Assembly (NCBI GenBank): GCA_046074325.1
Contig: JBJTNX010000070.1
Span: 1-49,739, forward strand
Direction of reading: 5' to 3'
Length of the DNA: 49,739 nucleotides
Origin: Sphingomonadales bacterium
GTDB lineage: Bacteria; Bacteroidota; Bacteroidia; Flavobacteriales_D; Crocinitomicaceae
Position numbers and translations under genes: made by a program. The notes below the pieces were generated by a model, which saw only the letters and a list, made by a program, of their open reading frames with translations, ran no database searches and had not been told where the DNA came from. Shown here piece by piece: positions 45,170 through 49,739 of the stretch; the stretch's first letter is position 1; each line of letters starts with the position of its first letter.

Positions 45170-46423
45170 TTAGTTCTTAACGAGCTTGATGCAACTTTCG
45201 TTTGATTTTAAAAAATAAATACCGCTTTCAAAATTGTCGAGATCAATTTGCGCTTGGTTTGTGCTTAATATTTCTTGACCAGCGGCGTTAAAAATGTGTA
45301 AAATTTGACCTGATTGAAGACCAATAACTTGGAAAGCTCCATTGGACGGATTCGGATAAACTTGAAGTGTATTTTGAAGCTCGTTTAACCCTGCACTTGA
45401 ACGGATATCAAAAACGATGGTGCCAGGAGAGACACCTACGTTGAATTGACTGACGAGCGCGTTATTTGCGTCGTAGATGTGCACCATCCCTTGCGAAAAG
45501 AAATCTGTAGTGGACGTGTAAAGTTGACCACTTTGTGGATTTTGAGCTAGCTCATAGAAATTATTGCTGATGCCTGCAACCGGGCCAACGAAAGCCATGT
45601 TGAGTAGGTTGTAATCATTGAGGGTGTTTTCCATGGAAATTTGATAGACGAGTTTGTCGTCGCGTAGGGCAGAGGTGCCACAACCAGTAACTGCGTTGGC
45701 AATATTTTGCGTATTCACTGTTCCATTTAAACTCACCTTAGAAACCGAAGCACCTGACCAATCTTTATTGTTTACCGTATATAATTCGTTGTTGAAAACA
45801 AACATATTATCTGGGTTTTTACCTTCTACGCCGAGGTCAATTTCTGAACCGTAGTTGAGGGTGTTCAAGTTGAGTTGCCCAATGAGGCCTTTCTCGTTGC
45901 CCCACTCATAAGCATTGTTGATGGCAATGTAAGCGATGTCATTGACAACAACGATGTTTTGAGTTGCCCATTTAGGCCCAGTGATGGTATCGAATGCAAC
46001 AAGAAGTTGAAGACTGTTTTTGTCGAAAACTTGCAAATAAGAATCGAATGTTTGGAGGTATTCTCCTCTTGAAGCAATTAGTTTATTGCCGGCAATAGCC
46101 AAATTGCGGACACCAGGAAGCAAGATGCTACCGAGTTCTTGATGTGAGTTCAGATCGAACTTGTAAATTTTGGTATCGGCTGCTACATAATAAGAGTTGC
46201 CATCGATGAGTACGTCAGAACTGAAGCGCTGACCAACTAGGGTGTCAACCACAACATACGTTTGGGTACTAGGATTGTACGAACCAATGGTTGCGGGTTC
46301 AATGATTGTATTGGTTTGAAAGTCAAAAAAACCTTCGTTAGCAATGAGTACTTGGTGGGTGTATTGGTGAGCAAAAAGCCCAGAACTGCACAATACAGCA
46401 GCGAAAAATAATCCTTTTTTCAT
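45170..46423 (-). CDS. Secreted beta-propeller-like protein (YncE/DUF5074/BtuG-like body) with T9SS CTD, under cobalamin riboswitch control
   Basis: Start chosen at ATG 46423 (MKKGLFFAAVLCSSGLFA). Body begins VLIANEGFF and carries repeated beta-blade-like units (..YVAADTKIYKFDL.., ..LQVFDKNSLQL.., ..AYIAINNAYEW.., ..LYTVNNKD..). Terminal LQVYPNPSNGAFQV...GIYFLKS is a T9SS CTD. Confidence 0.7.
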   Translation of the reverse strand: MKKGLFFAAVLCSSGLFAHQYTHQVLIANEGFFDFQTNTIIEPATIGSYNPSTQTYVVVDTLVGQRFSSDVLIDGNSYYVAADTKIYKFDLNSHQELGSILLPGVRNLAIAGNKLIASRGEYLQTFDSYLQVFDKNSLQLLVAFDTITGPKWATQNIVVVNDIAYIAINNAYEWGNEKGLIGQLNLNTLNYGSEIDLGVEGKNPDNMFVFNNELYTVNNKDWSGASVSKVSLNGTVNTQNIANAVTGCGTSALRDDKLVYQISMENTLNDYNLLNMAFVGPVAGISNNFYELAQNPQSGQLYTSTTDFFSQGMVHIYDANNALVSQFNVGVSPGTIVFDIRSSAGLNELQNTLQVYPNPSNGAFQVIGLQSGQILHIFNAAGQEILSTNQAQIDLDNFESGIYFLKSNESCIKLVKN

Positions 46424-46458
46424 GTGTTGAAAATTAAAAAAATTAAACAATGACATTG

Positions 46459-46690
46459 AAAAAAGTGGAGCGGCAAGGGTATACGAAGCCCTTGGCGATA
46501 CCGACCTTAATCTGAAGTCTTCACGCTGTTCAGGGGCAAGTCTTCTGGCTCGTGCTTATTGCCGTTTCACCTTCCCGCAAAAGCAGTGGTTTGATTGAAA
46601 CGCCTTTTTCAAGACACTTACAGCTGCAGATACAGCTCCGGATTTACACCGGATTCCTTATTAAGTTCGACAAGCGAACACCCAAGAACG
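46459..46690 (-). promoter_or_regulatory. Cobalamin (B12) riboswitch with expression platform
   Basis: Minus strand reads TTAATAAGGAATCCGGTGTAAATCCGGAGCTGTATCTGCAGCTGTAAG (46619-46665), ACCACTGC (46583-46590), GCGGGAAGGTGAAACGGC (46561-46578) and the B12 box AGCCAGAAGACTTGCCCC (46533-46550). Order and spacing match the cobalamin riboswitch consensus. A hairpin CAAGGG-N9-CCCTTG (46474-46494) and a T6 run follow before the ORF. Confidence 0.85.
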
Positions 46691-46851
46691 TCGCAAAGGT
46701 ACACAAATAAACAATGGCAGCTTCGGTGTGCTGCTTTTTTAAATTTGAACCATAAAATATGTGCTAATTGTTGATAAATCAAGTAGTTATAATTGTGTAT
46801 TAAAAATTTTTATAGATATATTGGTCATGCTAATCCTAAATCTATTTTACT

Positions 46852-48750
46852 ATGGAACTACTTAATTTGCCTTTGAAAATGCTCAACGAGCTATTTGGAA
46901 ATGGTGCCTTTTTTTCGAATTGGGTGTCATTTTTTATCGCCAATTGGATGGCGCTTGCCCTAGGTGGATACATCCTATCCAAATGGATGTCCAAACCGCC
47001 GCAAGGATTAATCGACCGAGATACACTCGCGCAACGAATTACACAAGAATCAAGCTGGTATGCACCTTTGTCTATTGTTGCCATTGCGATGTCAGTGGTG
47101 TATAACGTCGGTGTTTACGCACTCTTCTTACTTTTAGAAGCCACCACTTTTGTAACCAATTTTGTGTATAAATGGGTTTCTGTGTTCGTTTTGTGGTTGT
47201 GGAACGAGGTCTTTAAACCTTCTATTTGGATGTTGGTCAAGGTGATATATCATTACCTTATCAGTTGGCCCTTCCAATTATTGCTGACTGTTATTCATAC
47301 CGTTCCTGCAACGCTGAATAGGCCGTCGTATACCCAAGTTTTTTGGCCGACCCTCTACGGATCCTGCGCTTCAGCAATATTGGTTTTTGTGGGTTATCTT
47401 ACCGATCAACAACTACTCATTGAATACGGTCCTTTATTTTCGCTAACACTGGCCTTGGTTTGGATTGTTGCATCGACCATTTACCAGCGCAACGATGCTG
47501 CTTTTAAAAGTTTGCGTTTTTCACTGATCCTGATGGCCATTCTCATCGCTATTTTTGGTGCGTTTTACTTCATGAACTTCTTTGACGGCCACACAAAGTG
47601 GGGAGGGGTTGCATCCGGAATCCTACATGCGCCGAATGTGTTTGGGGCAGCCATTATTTTACTTTCAGTTCTTTCTTTGGTCTATCTCACCAATGTGGGC
47701 GTCATATTTTCTAATGAACAGCTCTCTGCTCATTGGCCAGACAACATTTACAACTACATCAAAGCGGCATTTAAACATAGCTTGGCTTTTATTTATCAAC
47801 CCATTTTAGTTGTTATCGTCTCGGTCGTAATAATTCTTCTACCTTGGGCTATTCTTGAGCAAAGCGCCGATTTTGCGACTGAAAACTGGGTAGAAAATCG
47901 CTTGAGCGCAAAGTCAAAATCAATTAACGACGAACTCGATAAAGTGCAGGTTCTCGATAAAGTTACGCGCTTGATCAACCCGGATAGCACAAAAAATGAG
48001 GCTTTTGATGCAGCACTAGCTTCACTAGAAGATGAAGTGAGCTTACGCTATGAGCTTTCTGAGAATAAACGTTATGCAGATTACCTATCAGGTGCCTTGG
48101 TTTTTGGGTCCAATGATCTTAAACCAATGATGACGGCAAAAGCATTCGATGCAAAGATCAAAGCGGATACCGACGCATTGGACGAATTGCGGGGTTTCAA
48201 AAAAGCATTTGATGCAAGCTATAAGGATCAAATAGAAGCACTCAACGATCAAATTGTAGACATCAACGCCACCATTAATTCCAATCCTGATTTGGCTGAA
48301 TTCTACATGCCGATGCGCAACAACTTAAAGTCTACGAGCAAGACGCTGACCATTACCCAAGAACGACATCAGCGATTTTTTGAAGCGCAAATTGCCGCAA
48401 CTCAGAAAGTAAATGAACGCTTTGCCGCAAATTGGCTGCGTTACAGCCTGACATACTTATTTCTTTTAGTAGCTAAATACGTATTATTGGCAGTGGTTAT
48501 TGCGTTTATTTTCAATTTGTATGCGCATACAGTCAAGCCTATCTACGATGCACACAATGGCTCCAGAATTGTTGCCGCCATTGATGAAGAGCGCAGTAGA
48601 AATAACCAACAGCCTTGGTTGGCTTGGTTGGTGTTGGCCGCTTTAGTTGTCGTTTATTTCCAGTGGAATAGCCTCAGTGCCACGACTTCAAGTCAAGTGG
48701 ATACGGTATCGACAATACTCGAGGATTTGAGCGCTAAAATTGTCCAGTAA
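46852..48750 (+). CDS. Hypothetical polytopic membrane protein with a central coiled-coil region
   Basis: 632 aa. About 8-9 hydrophobic segments in the first 340 aa, about 190 aa of charged helical region, and two further C-terminal hydrophobic segments. No recognisable motif. Confidence 0.55.
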   Translation: MELLNLPLKMLNELFGNGAFFSNWVSFFIANWMALALGGYILSKWMSKPPQGLIDRDTLAQRITQESSWYAPLSIVAIAMSVVYNVGVYALFLLLEATTFVTNFVYKWVSVFVLWLWNEVFKPSIWMLVKVIYHYLISWPFQLLLTVIHTVPATLNRPSYTQVFWPTLYGSCASAILVFVGYLTDQQLLIEYGPLFSLTLALVWIVASTIYQRNDAAFKSLRFSLILMAILIAIFGAFYFMNFFDGHTKWGGVASGILHAPNVFGAAIILLSVLSLVYLTNVGVIFSNEQLSAHWPDNIYNYIKAAFKHSLAFIYQPILVVIVSVVIILLPWAILEQSADFATENWVENRLSAKSKSINDELDKVQVLDKVTRLINPDSTKNEAFDAALASLEDEVSLRYELSENKRYADYLSGALVFGSNDLKPMMTAKAFDAKIKADTDALDELRGFKKAFDASYKDQIEALNDQIVDINATINSNPDLAEFYMPMRNNLKSTSKTLTITQERHQRFFEAQIAATQKVNERFAANWLRYSLTYLFLLVAKYVLLAVVIAFIFNLYAHTVKPIYDAHNGSRIVAAIDEERSRNNQQPWLAWLVLAALVVVYFQWNSLSATTSSQVDTVSTILEDLSAKIVQ

Positions 48751-48786
48751 CCTGTATTTAGCAGTACTCCTGTCCATTGAACAAGG

Positions 48787-48815
48787 AAGCCGTTTCGAAA
48801 GAGGCGGCTTTTTTG
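48787..48815 (+). terminator. Rho-independent terminator
   Basis: AAGCCG-TTTCGAAAGAGG-CGGCTT followed by TTTTG, 37 nt after the stop at 48750. Confidence 0.7.
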
Positions 48816-48835
48816 TTGATTTCAAAAAGAGTTTG

Positions 48836-48843
48836 TATCTTTG
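48836..48843 (+). promoter_or_regulatory. Candidate rpsO promoter -7 box (TATCTTTG)
   Basis: Exact TAnnTTTG match with TTG 17-20 nt upstream; 57-nt leader to ATG 48901. Confidence 0.4.
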
Positions 48844-48900
48844 CACCCGTATTGACCAAGGTGGTCAGTCTACATAATAATCATTTACACAAATATTAGC

Positions 48901-49170
48901 ATGTATTTAGATTCAGCAAAGAAGAAAGAGATCTTCGCCAAACACGGTGGTTCAGAAGCCAATACCGGTTCTACAGAAGGGCAAATTGCCTTGTTTACAT
49001 TTCGCATCAGTCACCTTACTGAGCACTTGAAAAAGAACCGCAAAGACTACGGCACTCAACGCGCACTTCAATTGTTAGTTGGTAAGCGTCGTAGCCTTCT
49101 AGATTACCTAAAGGCAAAAGACATCGAAAAATACCGTGCCTTGATCAAAGAATTAGGACTCCGTCGTTAA
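48901..49170 (+). CDS. rpsO: 30S ribosomal protein S15
   Basis: 89 aa. GSTEGQIALFT.RI..LTEHLK..KKD..S.R.L...V.KRR.LL.YL pattern of S15. Confidence 0.95.
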   Translation: MYLDSAKKKEIFAKHGGSEANTGSTEGQIALFTFRISHLTEHLKKNRKDYGTQRALQLLVGKRRSLLDYLKAKDIEKYRALIKELGLRR

Positions 49171-49203
49171 TTCAGCGTCAAACTCGGATAATTTTATGGG
49201 AGA

Positions 49204-49242
49204 GGGGGCTTCGATAACATCGATAGCCCCTTCTTTTGTTTT
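49204..49242 (+). terminator. Strong hairpin plus T-run between rpsO and pnp (terminator/attenuator or processing site)
   Basis: GGGGCTTCGAT-AAC-ATCGA(T)AGCCCC (11 bp, one bulge) followed by TTCTTTTGTTTT. Confidence 0.6.
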
Positions 49243-49263
49243 AAAAGTTGTAAATAAATAAAG

Positions 49264-49739
49264 ATGAATATAGGAACAAGAAAGTCAATGATGACCGGAG
49301 GGAAAGAAATTTCCATTGAAACCGGAAAGTTGGCTAAACAGGCAGATGGGTCTGTTGTAGTAAGAATGGGAGACACAATGTTGTTAGCAACAGTTGTAGC
49401 TGCTCCTGAAGCAAAAGAAGGAGTTGATTTCCTTCCTTTAACAGTTGATTATCGTGAGAAATACTCAGCAGCTGGACGTTTTCCAGGTGGATTCTTCCGT
49501 CGTGAAGCGCGTCCATCAGAGAACGAAATTTTAATCATGCGTTTAGTTGACCGTGCATTACGTCCACTTTTCCCAGATGATTATCATGCTGAAGTTCAAT
49601 TGATGATTCAATTGTTATCGTATGATGGAGTTAATAATCCAGATACATTATGTGGTTTAGCAGCATCAGCTGCGATTGCAGTATCTAACATTCCTTTCAA
49701 CGGTCCAATGTCGGAAGTGAGAGTTGGACGTGTAAATGG
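49264..49739 (+). CDS. pnp: Polynucleotide phosphorylase, 5' part (partial, runs off the right window edge)
   Basis: ATG at 49264. Hand translation [45 protein letters not shown]...[46 protein letters not shown] is the PNPase N-terminal RNase PH domain. It is absent from the ORF track because there is no stop in the window. Confidence 0.9.
   Translation, partial: MNIGTRKSMMTGGKEISIETGKLAKQADGSVVVRMGDTMLLATVVAAPEAKEGVDFLPLTVDYREKYSAAGRFPGGFFRREARPSENEILIMRLVDRALRPLFPDDYHAEVQLMIQLLSYDGVNNPDTLCGLAASAAIAVSNIPFNGPMSEVRVGRVN

Noticed and set aside
49264-49739. pnp appears lower in GC and richer in TTA/GTT/GCA codons than the rest of the window, which could hint at foreign origin or an assembly junction.
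   Set aside because: This is an eyeball impression only. rpsO-pnp synteny is canonical, and highly expressed genes often show distinct codon bias. The stretch is too short and uncomputed to call. A sliding-window GC and codon adaptation calculation would settle it.
1-49739. Looked for mobile elements, integrases, tRNA/rRNA genes, toxin-antitoxin pairs and known defence systems.
   Set aside because: No transposase, integrase or recombinase motifs, no cloverleaf-like intergenic segments, and no defence-gene signatures were found. The YwqK-like MORN protein has a signal peptide and sits in a glycosyltransferase cassette, not next to a toxin.

Overview
This 49.7 kb window is a Bacteroidota (Flavobacteriia-like) chromosomal segment, mostly housekeeping genes. 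The phylum call rests on five proteins ending in T9SS C-terminal sorting domains, SprB-type repeats, a fused SecDF, a Rho with a long low-complexity N-terminal insertion, and repeated TAnnTTTG -7 promoter boxes. I found no rRNA, tRNA, CRISPR array, transposase, integrase or recognisable defence genes. Housekeeping genes: fbaA (3' end), accD, secDF, yaaA, mpl, rho, dnaB, nth, dnaX, murQ, a pyrR-like gene, rpsO and pnp (5' end). Other content: a GT2/HAD-phosphatase/MORN/GT4 cassette, an M16 peptidase pair, an NlpC/P60 peptidase, a VIT-vWA-DUF2135 protein, and several secreted or T9SS cargo proteins. Genes are tightly packed, with many 1-, 4- and 8-nt start/stop overlaps. Four observations stand out. 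(1) A textbook cobalamin riboswitch (minus strand, about 46459-46690) controls a single orphan gene for a T9SS-exported beta-propeller-like protein, with no btuB or transporter nearby; this may be an unrecognised corrinoid-capture module. (2) dnaX terminates two codons after an A10 run containing the A_AAA_AAG heptamer, while the -1 frame stays open for 198 more codons to the conserved C-terminus. The short form is therefore the default product and full-length tau needs slippage, unless this is a homopolymer error. (3) rho carries an in-frame TAA exactly at the conserved Lys of EEF-K-GTGNME. (4) Five genes have a TAnnTTTG box only 4-5 nt from the ATG, implying leaderless mRNAs. All domain calls come from reading the translations and from memory of family motifs; no searches were run.
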